From positions 22,140 through 86,139 of the forward strand of contig JANQQU010000077.1 in assembly GCA_028284905.1 (NCBI GenBank): a DNA stretch of 64,000 nt, in the 5' to 3' direction. Positions within the stretch are counted from its first letter, which is position 1. Every line of letters begins with the position of its first letter. The notes beneath the pieces are model-generated. The model saw only the letters and a program-made list of their open reading frames with translations. It did not search any database and was not told the origin of the DNA. This DNA is from Calditrichia bacterium. Lineage in GTDB: Bacteria > Calditrichota > Calditrichia > RBG-13-44-9 > J075. Below, one piece after another: positions 49,270 through 59,273 of the stretch. Position numbers and translations under genes: made by a program.

Positions 49270-51198
49270 ATGAATAATACGACATCAACATATAAAATTA
49301 GCGATTGGCTGCCGACCACCCGTAAAGAAGTTCTGCAACGCGGTTGGGATGAGCTCGATGTTATCCTCTTCTCCGGGGATGCCTATGTCGATCATCCGGC
49401 CTTTGGGCATGCCGTTATCGCTCGTATCATTGAAGCAAATGGCTTCAAGATTGCCGTGGTGCCGCAGCCAAACTGGCAGGACGATTTACGGGATTTCAAA
49501 AAACTTGGCAAGCCCCGCTATTTCTTCGGAATTAGCTCCGGCTGTATGGATCCCATGGTTAATCACTACACCGCCAGCAAACGCCGCCGCTCCACCGATG
49601 CTTATTCTCCCGACGGCAAGGCCGGTTTCCGTCCGGATTATGCCACCACCGTTTACAGTCGTATCCTCAAAAAGCTTTACCCGGATGTCCCAGTAATGAT
49701 TGGTGGCATCGAAGCTTCTCTCCGGCGGGTTACTCACTACGATTATTGGTCAAACAAATTGATGCCTTCAATTTTGGTAGACAGTCAGGCCGATCTGCTC
49801 ATCTATGGCATGGGCGAGCAGCCGCTGGTGCAGATGCTCAAATTACTGGCGCGCGGTGTGCCTTTTTCTTCCCTGCGCACTTTACCGCAAACTGCCTACG
49901 TGCTGGGAAAAGACGAAAAATTACCGAAAAATAAAAACTGGGAAGATTTTCAACTCTCTTCCCATGAGGCCTGCCTGAAGGATAAAAAGACTTTCGCGGC
50001 AAACTTTAAATACATCGAGCAGGAATCGAACAAGCAGAAAAACGGGCAGCGGTTACTACAGGATGTTGGTGATCAGCAAGTGGTCATCAATCCGCCCTTT
50101 CAGACCATGACGGAAACTGAGATCGATGCGTCTTTCGATTTGCCCTATACGCGTCTGCCCCATCCGAAATACAAAAAGCGCGGACCGATTCCCGCCTTCG
50201 AGATGATCAAATTTTCGGTAAATATGCATCGCGGTTGTTTTGGCGGCTGCAGCTTTTGCACCATCTCCGCCCACCAGGGCAAGATGATCGCCAGCCGTTC
50301 GAAAGCATCAATCATGAAAGAAGTGCAGCAGATTACCGAAATGCCTGGCTTTAAAGGATACATCAGCGACCTGGGTGGCCCTTCCGCCAATATGTATCGC
50401 ATGAAAGGCAAGGATCAGTCGATTTGCGACCGTTGCGTCAGCCCGTCCTGTATTCATCCAACCATCTGTCATAATCTCGACACCGATCATCAGCCGCTGG
50501 TCGATATTTACAAAAGCGTTGCGGAACATCCGGAAGTTAAGAAAGCGTTTGTTTCCAGCGGTATTCGCTACGACATGCTGGTGCGCAAAGATGAAAAAGA
50601 GCGAAAAACGGACGGCGCGGATGAATACATCGAGCAGCTGGTAACGAACCACGTTTCCGGCCGATTAAAAGTGGCACCGGAACATACCGCCGATGCAACA
50701 TTGAAAATGATGCGCAAGCCATCCTTCAAATATTTCTACGATTTCAAAGAGAAGTTTGATAAGGTCAACGAAAAGAAAGGGTTGAATCAGCAAATTATTC
50801 CCTATTTCATTTCCAGCCATCCCGGTTGCGAAGTTGGGGATATGGCTGAACTGGCAACCGAAACCAAAGACCTCGGTTTTCGCCTGGAGCAAGTGCAGGA
50901 CTTCACCCCAACCCCGATGACCGTCGCCACTGTCATCTACTACTCCGGCTACCATCCCTATACCCTCAAGCCGGTCTTTGCGGCAACGACGCCGAAAGCA
51001 AAAAAGGATCAGCATCAATTCTTCTTCTGGTACAAAAAAGAGAATCGGGGTAAAATCAGTAAAACCCTGAAAATTATTGGCCGGGAAGAACTGGCGGAGA
51101 AGCTCCTGCGCCGCAACAAACACCTCCCTCCGAAAAAGACTTTCCTCAACAAAACCAAAGTGGAAATGAAGAAAATAACCGACAAACATTTGAAATAA
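49270..51198 (+). CDS. ygiQ: YgiQ-family (UPF0313) radical SAM protein
   Basis: GDAYVDHPAFG, GGIEASLRR..HYDYW, HRGCFGGCSFC, DLGGPSANMY, KVAPEH, QVQDFTPTP. Confidence 0.94.
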   Translation: MNNTTSTYKISDWLPTTRKEVLQRGWDELDVILFSGDAYVDHPAFGHAVIARIIEANGFKIAVVPQPNWQDDLRDFKKLGKPRYFFGISSGCMDPMVNHYTASKRRRSTDAYSPDGKAGFRPDYATTVYSRILKKLYPDVPVMIGGIEASLRRVTHYDYWSNKLMPSILVDSQADLLIYGMGEQPLVQMLKLLARGVPFSSLRTLPQTAYVLGKDEKLPKNKNWEDFQLSSHEACLKDKKTFAANFKYIEQESNKQKNGQRLLQDVGDQQVVINPPFQTMTETEIDASFDLPYTRLPHPKYKKRGPIPAFEMIKFSVNMHRGCFGGCSFCTISAHQGKMIASRSKASIMKEVQQITEMPGFKGYISDLGGPSANMYRMKGKDQSICDRCVSPSCIHPTICHNLDTDHQPLVDIYKSVAEHPEVKKAFVSSGIRYDMLVRKDEKERKTDGADEYIEQLVTNHVSGRLKVAPEHTADATLKMMRKPSFKYFYDFKEKFDKVNEKKGLNQQIIPYFISSHPGCEVGDMAELATETKDLGFRLEQVQDFTPTPMTVATVIYYSGYHPYTLKPVFAATTPKAKKDQHQFFFWYKKENRGKISKTLKIIGREELAEKLLRRNKHLPPKKTFLNKTKVEMKKITDKHLK

Positions 51199-51344
51199 AA
51201 AATACCATTTTTTCCATTTCGTTTTTATATTCCCCAGCTAACTTTTTTCTGAAAATTTCCGGATGACGCCTCCTGCGAGAAACGGCAAATAGCCGCCTCG
51301 AAAAACCTGCAGCGTATCCGCAAATTCAGTGAACTGGCAGCACT

Positions 51345-51530
51345 GTATAAGTCAAATGTATGGCAGTGCTAAACGAAGAATGATTGTGCTGTCATCGCGA
51401 GGAGTACAGCGACGAAGCGATCCCATTGTAGCTGCTCTACCATTGAGATTGCTTCGGCATAATGCCGCCTCGCAATGACGAACAAGTAATGTTATTTCGT
51501 TAATCACTGTCAACCGTATAAGTCAAATGT
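51345..51530. mobile_element. MITE-like element with palindromic core, flanked by 15-bp direct repeats
   Basis: GTATAAGTCAAATGT at 51345-51359 and 51516-51530; imperfect IRs TGGCAGTGCTAAACGAA / TTCGTTAATCACTGTCA; core TGTCATCGCGAG..CTCGCAATGAC 51390-51479. Confidence 0.7.
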
Positions 51531-51564
51531 TTTAGGCAGCAACGTTAACAGAAGAGGGTTTCAT

Positions 51565-53739
51565 ATGACCGAAAGAGATTTTTTCCAGATCATTGCCGAA
51601 GAATTAAATCTTCGTCCCATTCAGGTTACGAAAACCGTCGAGCTTCTCGACGATGGCAACACCGTTCCATTTATCGCCCGTTACCGGAAAGAGGTTACCG
51701 GCTCGCTTGATGAAGAGCAGATCCGTGATGTTGAAGATCGTATCAAATACCTACGGATGTTGCAGGAACGGAAAGAAACGATTCTCAATTCTATCGAAGA
51801 ACAGGGGAAATTAACACCTGAATTGGCGGAAAAAATCAAGGCAACCATGAAGATGCAGGAATTGGAGGATCTTTATTTGCCTTATAAACCGAAGAAACGC
51901 ACCCGGGCAACTATCGCCAAGGAAAAAGGGCTGGAGCCGCTGGCGGATAAAATGGTCGATCAAAGCATCACTGATGGCGATCCGCTGGAAATAGCCGCGC
52001 AATTCATCGATCCGGAAAAAGGCGTGGAGACTGCCGAAGAAGCATTGGCCGGCGCCCGCGATATTGTGGCTGAAACCGTTTCCGATGATGCGGAAGTGCG
52101 CAAAGCGATTCGCGAACGCACCCGCCGCACCGCTTTCGTAGTGAGCAAAGCAAAAGACCCGGAAGCGAAAAGTGATTACGAAATGTATTATGACTATTCC
52201 GAGCCGGTGAACAAAATTCCGCCGCATCGTATCTTGGCGATCAACCGCGGCGAGCGGGAGAAAATTCTAAAAGTCTCTATTGAAGTTGAAGAAGAAGTAA
52301 TGGTGGAAGAAATTACCACCCGCCATATCAAAAATAAAGACGGCATCTTTCGCACGGAAATCGAAACGGCAATTGTCGATAGCTACAAACGGCTGATAGC
52401 CCCCTCAATTGAGCGGGAAGTGCGCAGCGACATGTCCGATATCGCTGATGATCACGCCATCAACATTTTTGCGACCAACCTGAAAAATCTGCTTATGCAA
52501 CCTCCCGTGAAAGGGAAGATGATAATGGGGATCGACCCCGCCTATCGCACCGGTTGTAAAGTGGCAATTATTGATGATACCGGCAAATATCTTCAGGGGA
52601 ATACCATCTATCCCCATGCGCCGCAAAATCGCATCTTCGAAGCGAAAAGTACCTTGCGGGAATTTATCGAGAAGTATGACATCGAGATCGTTGCGATTGG
52701 GAATGGTACTGCCTCACGGGAAACGGAATCACTGGTTGCCGATCTCATCGGGGAAATAAAATCTTCGGCACCGGACAAAGATCTCGTTTACATCATCGTC
52801 AACGAAGCCGGTGCTTCCGTCTATTCCGCCTCGAAAGTGGCAAAATCAGAATTTCCGGAGCTGGACGCCAGTCAGCGCGGCAACATCTCCATCGCCCGCC
52901 GCCTAATGGACCCGTTGGCAGAACTGGTAAAAATCGATCCGAAACATATTGGCGTTGGCCTTTATCAGCATGATGTGAATCAGAAAAATCTTGATAGCGC
53001 ACTGGGAAACGTCGTTGAGTCTACAGTGAACTCTGTCGGGGTTGATTTAAATACTGCCTCTGCCAGTCTCCTGAAATATGTATCCGGCCTGACCAGCCGC
53101 ACCGCGGAAAACATCGTGAAATATCGCGATGAACAGGGCAAATTCCAGAGTCGCAGCGCCCTGAAAAAGGTCAGCGGAGTTGGGGAGATTGCCTTCCAGC
53201 AGGCGGCCGGATTCCTGCGCATTCCCGATGGCAAGAACATGCTCGATAACACCGGTATTCACCCGGAATCCTATAACGCCACCAAGAAGCTGCTCTCCAT
53301 GTTCGACATGGAAAAAGACAGCACCGCCTGGCGGCAACTGCGCAAACTGGTGCGGCAGGAGCGACGTGATCTGGCAACGTTGGCAGCCGATATCGGCGTT
53401 GGGGAACCGACTCTGAACGATATTCTCTCGGACCTGGAAAAGCCGGACCGGGATCCTCGTGATGCGATGCCGAAACCAATATTTAAGAGCGATGTCCTGA
53501 AAATTGAAGATTTACGAGAAGGGATGCTGCTGAAAGGCACCGTCCGGAACGTAGTGGATTTCGGTGCATTTGTTGATATTGGCGTAAAGCGGGATGGCCT
53601 TGTACACGTTAGTGAAATGTCCGATAAGTTCGTGAAAAATCCGATGGATATTGTTGCCGTTGGCGATGTGGTTAGTGTCCGCGTCATCAATGTCGATCTG
53701 GATCGTGGACGAGTGCAGCTCTCGATGAAAGTTCAGTAA
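51565..53739 (+). CDS. tex: Tex-family transcriptional accessory protein
   Basis: GNTVPFIARYRKE, GIDPAYRTGCK, GNGTASRET, HhH region, C-terminal S1 (GTVRNVVDFGAFVDIG). Confidence 0.96.
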   Translation: MTERDFFQIIAEELNLRPIQVTKTVELLDDGNTVPFIARYRKEVTGSLDEEQIRDVEDRIKYLRMLQERKETILNSIEEQGKLTPELAEKIKATMKMQELEDLYLPYKPKKRTRATIAKEKGLEPLADKMVDQSITDGDPLEIAAQFIDPEKGVETAEEALAGARDIVAETVSDDAEVRKAIRERTRRTAFVVSKAKDPEAKSDYEMYYDYSEPVNKIPPHRILAINRGEREKILKVSIEVEEEVMVEEITTRHIKNKDGIFRTEIETAIVDSYKRLIAPSIEREVRSDMSDIADDHAINIFATNLKNLLMQPPVKGKMIMGIDPAYRTGCKVAIIDDTGKYLQGNTIYPHAPQNRIFEAKSTLREFIEKYDIEIVAIGNGTASRETESLVADLIGEIKSSAPDKDLVYIIVNEAGASVYSASKVAKSEFPELDASQRGNISIARRLMDPLAELVKIDPKHIGVGLYQHDVNQKNLDSALGNVVESTVNSVGVDLNTASASLLKYVSGLTSRTAENIVKYRDEQGKFQSRSALKKVSGVGEIAFQQAAGFLRIPDGKNMLDNTGIHPESYNATKKLLSMFDMEKDSTAWRQLRKLVRQERRDLATLAADIGVGEPTLNDILSDLEKPDRDPRDAMPKPIFKSDVLKIEDLREGMLLKGTVRNVVDFGAFVDIGVKRDGLVHVSEMSDKFVKNPMDIVAVGDVVSVRVINVDLDRGRVQLSMKVQ

Positions 53740-53751
53740 GACTTAAAAACT

Positions 53752-53788
53752 TAGTGGCAGCAGGTATTATTCCTGCTGCCACTATTTT
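53752..53788 (+). terminator. Intrinsic terminator after tex
   Basis: TAGTGGCAGCAGG-loop-CCTGCTGCCACTA then TTTT. Confidence 0.85.
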
Positions 53789-53842
53789 CACCTCTTTTTC
53801 CCAATCCCCATTATTTATCTCGTTCCCAAACTCTAAACTCCC

Positions 53843-56266
53843 CTACAAATTCTCCAGAATATAATCCGTGAACTTCGTAAACAGATGCAGGGAGGTATTA
53901 CCGCCACTAATGCGGTGATTACGATTCGGATAGATCATCATATCAAACTGGCGATTTTTGTCAATCAGCTCGTTGACAAACTGCAGGGAGTTTTGTGGAT
54001 GGACATTATCATCGCCGCTGCCATGGACGATCAGTAGCTTACCGCGCAAACCGTCTGCATAGGTGTTAACATCCGCGGCAACGTAACCAGCCTTATTTTC
54101 GCTGAGTAATCCCATGTAGCGTTCCGTCCAGATGGTATCATAATTACGGAAATCGCTCACCGAAGCAACCGCGATCCCGGTCTTGAAATAATCTGCAGCG
54201 CGGGTCATTATCATGCAAGTCAGGTAACCGCCGCCGCTCCAGCCCCAGAATCCCAGACGGCTGGCGTCGACGTAGGGCTGTTTCGCCAACCACTTCGCGC
54301 CTTCAATCTGATCGTTTACCGACCATTTGGAAAGATCGCCATAGGCAAGATCTTTGTAGGCTTTTCCCATACCGCCGGTGCCGCGATTGTCTACACAGAA
54401 AATGATGTAGCCTTTTTCCGTAAGCATCTGATGCCACAACACCCGCTGGAAATGCCGGAAAGCCGAGCCGGTTCCCCAGCGATTTAATACCATCTGCGAG
54501 CCGGGGCCGCCATAGCCAAACACCAGTACCGGGTATTTTTTAGCCGGATCAAAATCCGCCGGCTTCATCATGTAGGCATTGAGTGGTGCACCATCGGAAG
54601 TGCTGATCTGAAAGATTTCCGGATAAACCATCTCGTAATCCGCCAGGGCAGCAATTTCGTTTCCTTCCAACACGCGCACCAGTCCACCATCGCTTTTTCG
54701 CAGGTTTACCTGGGTGGGCGTTTTCAGGTTCGAGGAAAAACCGACGTAATGTTGAAAATCCGGGGAGAAGTTCGCGCTATGCCAACCGTTCATTTCCCGG
54801 GAGATACGCGTCAAGCCAGTGCCGTTTAATTTTACCCGGTAAATATCGTTCTCGGCCGGCGACTCTTTTTTGCCCTGGAAATAGACCCAGCCATTTTTTT
54901 CGTCGGCGCCTAAAATTGACCCGATCTCCCAACGGCCGCTGGTAATTTGCGCAACTTGCTTCCCTTTATAGTCGGCCAGATAGATATGACGAAATCCGTC
55001 TTTTTCGGAAGACCAGAGCACCTGGTCCTTCTCTTTCAGGAAGATGAAATCGTCATTTACATCGATCCAGGTATTGTTTTTGTCCTCGAGAATTTTGCGG
55101 GTTTTTCCGTTGCTGACATCCGCAAAGAGTAGTTCCAGATGATTCTGTTTACGGTTCAAGCGGCGAATCGCCAGGGTGTTTTTCTCATTGGTCCAATCGA
55201 TACGCGGGATGTAAATATCTGTTTCCGCACCGATATCCATCCAGGTCATTTCCCCGCTGGCAATATCGACCACGCCAATTTTCACAATAGCGTTCTGCTC
55301 ACCCACTTTCGGATATTTCAGGGGAATCGGTACGCTGTAATAGGGCAATTCATCCAGCATGTAAAAGGTTTTTACCCGGGTCTGATCGGTGCGCCAGAAA
55401 GCAATTTTCTTCCCGTCGGGAGACCAGCGGTAAGCATCCGCCCGGCCAAATTCCTCCTCGTAAACCCAGTCGAATACGCCATTAAGAATATCAAAGGAGC
55501 CATCTGTAGTGAGCTGGCGGGATTCCCCGCTCTCCACATCGGCAACAAAGAGATTATTTTGCTTGGCGTAGCCAACGGATTTTCCATCCGGAGAAAGCGC
55601 CACATTTTGCAATTCCGGATCATTTTTTGCTAACGGAGTAAGGGTTTGATCAGCAATATCGTAGAGGTAATAAGGCGCGGTGTAAGAATGACGCCAGATC
55701 TGCTTTGTCGGGCCGGTAATCAGCAAATGATTTTGACTGCCGGTGGTTTGATAGGCGGTCATCTCCACCTGGGTGCGGGTGCTGCCCTGCAAACGTTTAT
55801 TCTCTTTTTCCAGAACATCGCGCTCTTTTTGAATCGCGGTCATCTCCTCGAAAGATTCCTGCAGGCGTCGGGTTTTCTCGGCAGACTCCGCCTGCTGCGC
55901 CAGCGCTTTTCGCTCATTCTTGATGCGTTCATAGTCCTGCTTCAGGGATTCCAGTTTTGTCGCGGAAGCGCTCCGGGCTGTACTGTTATCAATAAACAGC
56001 TGATCGCCGGAAAGAATCAGGGTTTCCTGACCACTACCAACATTGTGCCGGTAAATATCCAGCTTGCCGCTGCTCTCATTTTCACGGGTAAATGTAAAAG
56101 CGGTGCCATCCGGTAACCATTGGATATCCGCTACTGTCTTTCCCTGAAACTGATCGGATTTGTAGATATCTTCCAGGGTTAACTTTTTCTTTTGAGCCAT
56201 CATAGCGGTAGTACCTCCCAGAATTACGAATAACATCAATAAACAGAATAAACGTTGGAAGCTCAT
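53843..56266 (-). CDS. S9B dipeptidyl peptidase IV family protein, secreted
   Basis: Signal peptide; DWVYEEE, YGGPGSQ, GWSGGG nucleophile, YDTIWTERYM, DDNVH, NH. Confidence 0.95.
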   Translation of the reverse strand: MSFQRLFCLLMLFVILGGTTAMMAQKKKLTLEDIYKSDQFQGKTVADIQWLPDGTAFTFTRENESSGKLDIYRHNVGSGQETLILSGDQLFIDNSTARSASATKLESLKQDYERIKNERKALAQQAESAEKTRRLQESFEEMTAIQKERDVLEKENKRLQGSTRTQVEMTAYQTTGSQNHLLITGPTKQIWRHSYTAPYYLYDIADQTLTPLAKNDPELQNVALSPDGKSVGYAKQNNLFVADVESGESRQLTTDGSFDILNGVFDWVYEEEFGRADAYRWSPDGKKIAFWRTDQTRVKTFYMLDELPYYSVPIPLKYPKVGEQNAIVKIGVVDIASGEMTWMDIGAETDIYIPRIDWTNEKNTLAIRRLNRKQNHLELLFADVSNGKTRKILEDKNNTWIDVNDDFIFLKEKDQVLWSSEKDGFRHIYLADYKGKQVAQITSGRWEIGSILGADEKNGWVYFQGKKESPAENDIYRVKLNGTGLTRISREMNGWHSANFSPDFQHYVGFSSNLKTPTQVNLRKSDGGLVRVLEGNEIAALADYEMVYPEIFQISTSDGAPLNAYMMKPADFDPAKKYPVLVFGYGGPGSQMVLNRWGTGSAFRHFQRVLWHQMLTEKGYIIFCVDNRGTGGMGKAYKDLAYGDLSKWSVNDQIEGAKWLAKQPYVDASRLGFWGWSGGGYLTCMIMTRAADYFKTGIAVASVSDFRNYDTIWTERYMGLLSENKAGYVAADVNTYADGLRGKLLIVHGSGDDNVHPQNSLQFVNELIDKNRQFDMMIYPNRNHRISGGNTSLHLFTKFTDYILENL

Positions 56267-56294
56267 AGAACCCTCACTGTGTGGTGAATGAAAA

Positions 56295-56362
56295 AGGATT
56301 AGGGATTTAGGGGATTAGGAGTTTAGGCAGTCTAAATCCCTAATCCTCTAAATTCCTAAGTC
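56295..56362. repeat. 8-bp tandem-repeat hairpin (AGGGATTT-like / CTAAATCC-like)
   Basis: aggattagggatttaggggattaggagtttagg-cagt-ctaaatccctaatcctctaaattcctaagtcc. Confidence 0.8.
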
Positions 56363-57633
56363 CCTTTTTTAGAAAACATGACAATACGATTGCTATTTGT
56401 TCCCCGGCGATTGTTATGAATTCCCCAAATATTTGCCGTTTTGGTAAATGCCTGCTCGTTAATCAGAATACCGGCACAATGAAATCCCGCCGCTTTCCCC
56501 AAGGGCACAACATATTCGTCCAGATTGATTTTACCATTGCGTACTTCCCCAACTTCAAACGCGACCCAGCCGCCGGTTTTGGTAATACGAAATAATTCCC
56601 GGAAAACCCCGCCCATTACCTCCTGCCAGTCTTCCAGTTTGGTCAACACGGTAATTTTTTCAGCAACCTCCTCGGCATCAATGTCATTAAACCAGCAGCG
56701 CAGCCAATTGTCCGCCGCATACTGCACCACATTGAGGAATGGTGGCGAAGTAACTGTCAGTTGAATACTATTATTAGCAATGGCAGCTGTATAGCGGGCA
56801 TCTTCGCTGAGGAACAACGCTGTTTCCCCATTTCGGGAGAGATGTTCAGCCTGCGTTTCGCTTAAACGGGAAATAAGTTGTTTGGATTTTTTCAGGATCA
56901 GTTTGCGAATATCGCGGTAATCCGGCGTTTGTTTGCGTTGCCGATTGATACGACGTTGCCGTTCCGGAGAGACCGCCTGATTCGGCGGCAAAGTGTACAC
57001 CGAAAAGAAACCGGGCGAATGACCGGAGAGGCGATTAGTGGCCACCATGCGAATCCAGCGGTCCAGCCCATCTTCTTTTCCGGACGCTTTTCTTTCACGC
57101 AGGTATTCCCGCAAAGCCTCTAACGCTCTTTCCGTATCTTCATGATAAAACATGGAAAGATCGATATCGCTGCGCACGCCCTTTTCCAGAGGAATTTCCT
57201 CCAGGCGCGTTGCCAGTGCCTCCAGATCCGGTATTTGAAAACGCGATTCCGATAAAATTTTGCTGAGGGGATTAACATCATTTGCAACAACCTGCCGGTC
57301 CAGCAAACCCGCCTCGATAATCGTGGTGCCCCGACCGGTAAATGGATCATAAATGCGATCGCCGGGTGCGGATAGCCGCTCGATAAAAAAACGTGGTAAT
57401 TGCGGTTTGAAACAGGCCCGGTAGGAAACTTCATGAATAGAAGCGGCCTGGCGTTGGCGGGAAGTCCAGAATTCATTCACAAAGCGGGGAATCGCCTCGC
57501 CGTCGATCATCACACTATCCACCCGGCTGGGTGGCGCCTCTTCAGCGCTTTTACCGTTGCTGAGTGCTTCCGTAAACCGAAAAGCGGCTAAAGATTCGAT
57601 AAAAGCTGTTTCAGATTTGATAATCTCGGCCAT
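56356..57633 (-). CDS. DNA methyltransferase (amino-MTase, probably N4-cytosine)
   Basis: Motif I DPFTGRGTT, NDVNP; motif IV TSPPF near C-terminus; ELFRITKTGG. Confidence 0.88.
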   Translation of the reverse strand: MAEIIKSETAFIESLAAFRFTEALSNGKSAEEAPPSRVDSVMIDGEAIPRFVNEFWTSRQRQAASIHEVSYRACFKPQLPRFFIERLSAPGDRIYDPFTGRGTTIIEAGLLDRQVVANDVNPLSKILSESRFQIPDLEALATRLEEIPLEKGVRSDIDLSMFYHEDTERALEALREYLRERKASGKEDGLDRWIRMVATNRLSGHSPGFFSVYTLPPNQAVSPERQRRINRQRKQTPDYRDIRKLILKKSKQLISRLSETQAEHLSRNGETALFLSEDARYTAAIANNSIQLTVTSPPFLNVVQYAADNWLRCWFNDIDAEEVAEKITVLTKLEDWQEVMGGVFRELFRITKTGGWVAFEVGEVRNGKINLDEYVVPLGKAAGFHCAGILINEQAFTKTANIWGIHNNRRGTNSNRIVMFSKKGT

Positions 57634-57749
57634 CCGGCAGTCCGTTTAGAAGTCCTGTTGGTTAATCTCCCAGACTGCCAATATACAATAAAAAGCGCGG
57701 ATCGCCAATATGATTATCCCGGATCAATTCGGGTATTTTCAATATATTT

Positions 57750-57846
57750 GCCACGGATTACACGGATGTTCACCGATTGGTTCAAAGCGACAATTTGTTC
57801 CTACAATTTTTCAGTTCATCCGCGTGAATCAGTGTTCATCCGTGGC
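57750..57846. repeat. Palindromic element built from 9-10-bp CACGGAT-type units
   Basis: GCCACGGATTACACGGATGTTCACCGAT ... ATCCGCGTGAATCAGTGTTCATCCGTGGC; sibling at 60553-60651. Confidence 0.85.
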
Positions 57847-57871
57847 TGAAAAGTCATGAACCGTTTTATAA

Positions 57872-59197
57872 TCATTTCCGCACCAGCGGTAAAGCGCGTT
57901 GCTGAGGATGATGGCTGAGATATTCAATAAGCCCCTGCTGATAAAATGCGCGTTTCCGCAAACACTTGCGTATTTCCGGATCGCTGATATTCGATATTCC
58001 CTGGCGGATGATGCGATTATCACTCGTTGCCGGAAACATTTCGTAAAGGCTCTCCAGGTAGGTGGCAAAGCCGTTGTTGGCAGTGCGGGATGCCCAAAAG
58101 TAAAACAATGGCAGCAAAACGTTCAGGCAGAACTGATTTGCCCGATTTCCCCCCAGCAAATGAACCGGAATCTCCCGAAAACCGGTGATTGATTTGATAA
58201 TCTCCGCTAACTGCGGCTCAGTTCGCAGTATGAGAATTTCCCGCCATTGCCGCAGGGTTGTGTCATAACTTCCCCGGGCCATTGCAATTTCCAGCAAACG
58301 AGAGAATAACGACACCGGTGAATAACGGGTGAATAATTGTGCCAACGCCCCCAGACGAAGGTAGGGATTGTTGGCGGGACGTAATCGGGCAAAATGCCAG
58401 TCACGGAGCTGCATCCGAGGGTATTGCCCTTGCTGACGAAGGGCGTTATACCAGTCGACGGAAACGCCAAATGCATCTCCGGAAAAATGTTGTGATTGTA
58501 GCAATCCTCCCCGCAGCCCGAGTAGTATCCATACTTTTTGCGGGGTTCGCTGCCGCGGCGGTAGCATGCTTTCCAGATGCGAGGGAGGACACTGCCAGAT
58601 TAATTGGCGAAAAGGGAATTTATTCCGGGAGTATCCGAGCGTTTCTGCCAGGGCAATAAAAAGAATATCTTCCAGGGAAAATTGTTCGGCCCATTCCCGG
58701 TAGCGGGCCACCTTTTGCCGAAACCGTTGCTCGGCATAAATTGCCAGCTCATTCCGATCAATGATAGCCTCCGTTGGCAACTCGTTTATGTTCCCGGCAA
58801 TCTCCTCGCTTTCCAGTGCAGACATTTTTTCCCGCCAATGAGTTTCATCATTCAGCAGATGATCTTTAATAATCAGATGGGGAAAACGCCGTTCCAGGCT
58901 TTCCGGAATTCCCTTTGGCGCGTCCCATAATATATGAAGGATCACCTGCTGATAACGAAGATCATTATCATGCCCGTGCCGGAACCAATCTTTGGGAAAG
59001 CAATGAAATTCGACATCGCCTCGTTGCCGGGTGCCGGCGATTTCCAACAGCGCATTTTTGACATCGGGACCATCTCCATCATTGATTGTCCCCGGATGCA
59101 AAATTTTGACTTCTCTATCATCAGTGGTTTGCAGCGGTGTTTTCAAATATGATAAATTTTGATAGGTCTGGCTTAGCCAGCGCTCTGGTATGCGCAT
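57872..59197 (-). CDS. DUF2851-family protein
   Basis: HPGTIN..GPDV..A..GDVEFH..W..HGHD.D..Y..VILH; LGYSRNK.PF; W...RLRPANNP..R. Confidence 0.88.
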   Translation of the reverse strand: MRIPERWLSQTYQNLSYLKTPLQTTDDREVKILHPGTINDGDGPDVKNALLEIAGTRQRGDVEFHCFPKDWFRHGHDNDLRYQQVILHILWDAPKGIPESLERRFPHLIIKDHLLNDETHWREKMSALESEEIAGNINELPTEAIIDRNELAIYAEQRFRQKVARYREWAEQFSLEDILFIALAETLGYSRNKFPFRQLIWQCPPSHLESMLPPRQRTPQKVWILLGLRGGLLQSQHFSGDAFGVSVDWYNALRQQGQYPRMQLRDWHFARLRPANNPYLRLGALAQLFTRYSPVSLFSRLLEIAMARGSYDTTLRQWREILILRTEPQLAEIIKSITGFREIPVHLLGGNRANQFCLNVLLPLFYFWASRTANNGFATYLESLYEMFPATSDNRIIRQGISNISDPEIRKCLRKRAFYQQGLIEYLSHHPQQRALPLVRK

Positions 59198-59212
59198 TTT
59201 TCCCCCTTGATA

Positions 59213-59247
59213 ATTACGTAAAGATTTATTACGTTTAAAATATTACG
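59213..59247. promoter_or_regulatory. Three ATTACG direct repeats between divergent DUF2851 and XRE genes; candidate operator
   Basis: ATTACG at 59213, 59228, 59242 within a 76-bp AT-rich spacer. Confidence 0.45.
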
Positions 59248-59273
59248 AAAACAATAAAAACACAAGAGGTTTT

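Noticed and set aside
51260-51325. Possible c-di-GMP-I riboswitch (GGCAAA motif) upstream of tex
   Set aside because: The GAAA tetraloop stem and GACGCAAA partner motif are absent; only weak pairing is visible.
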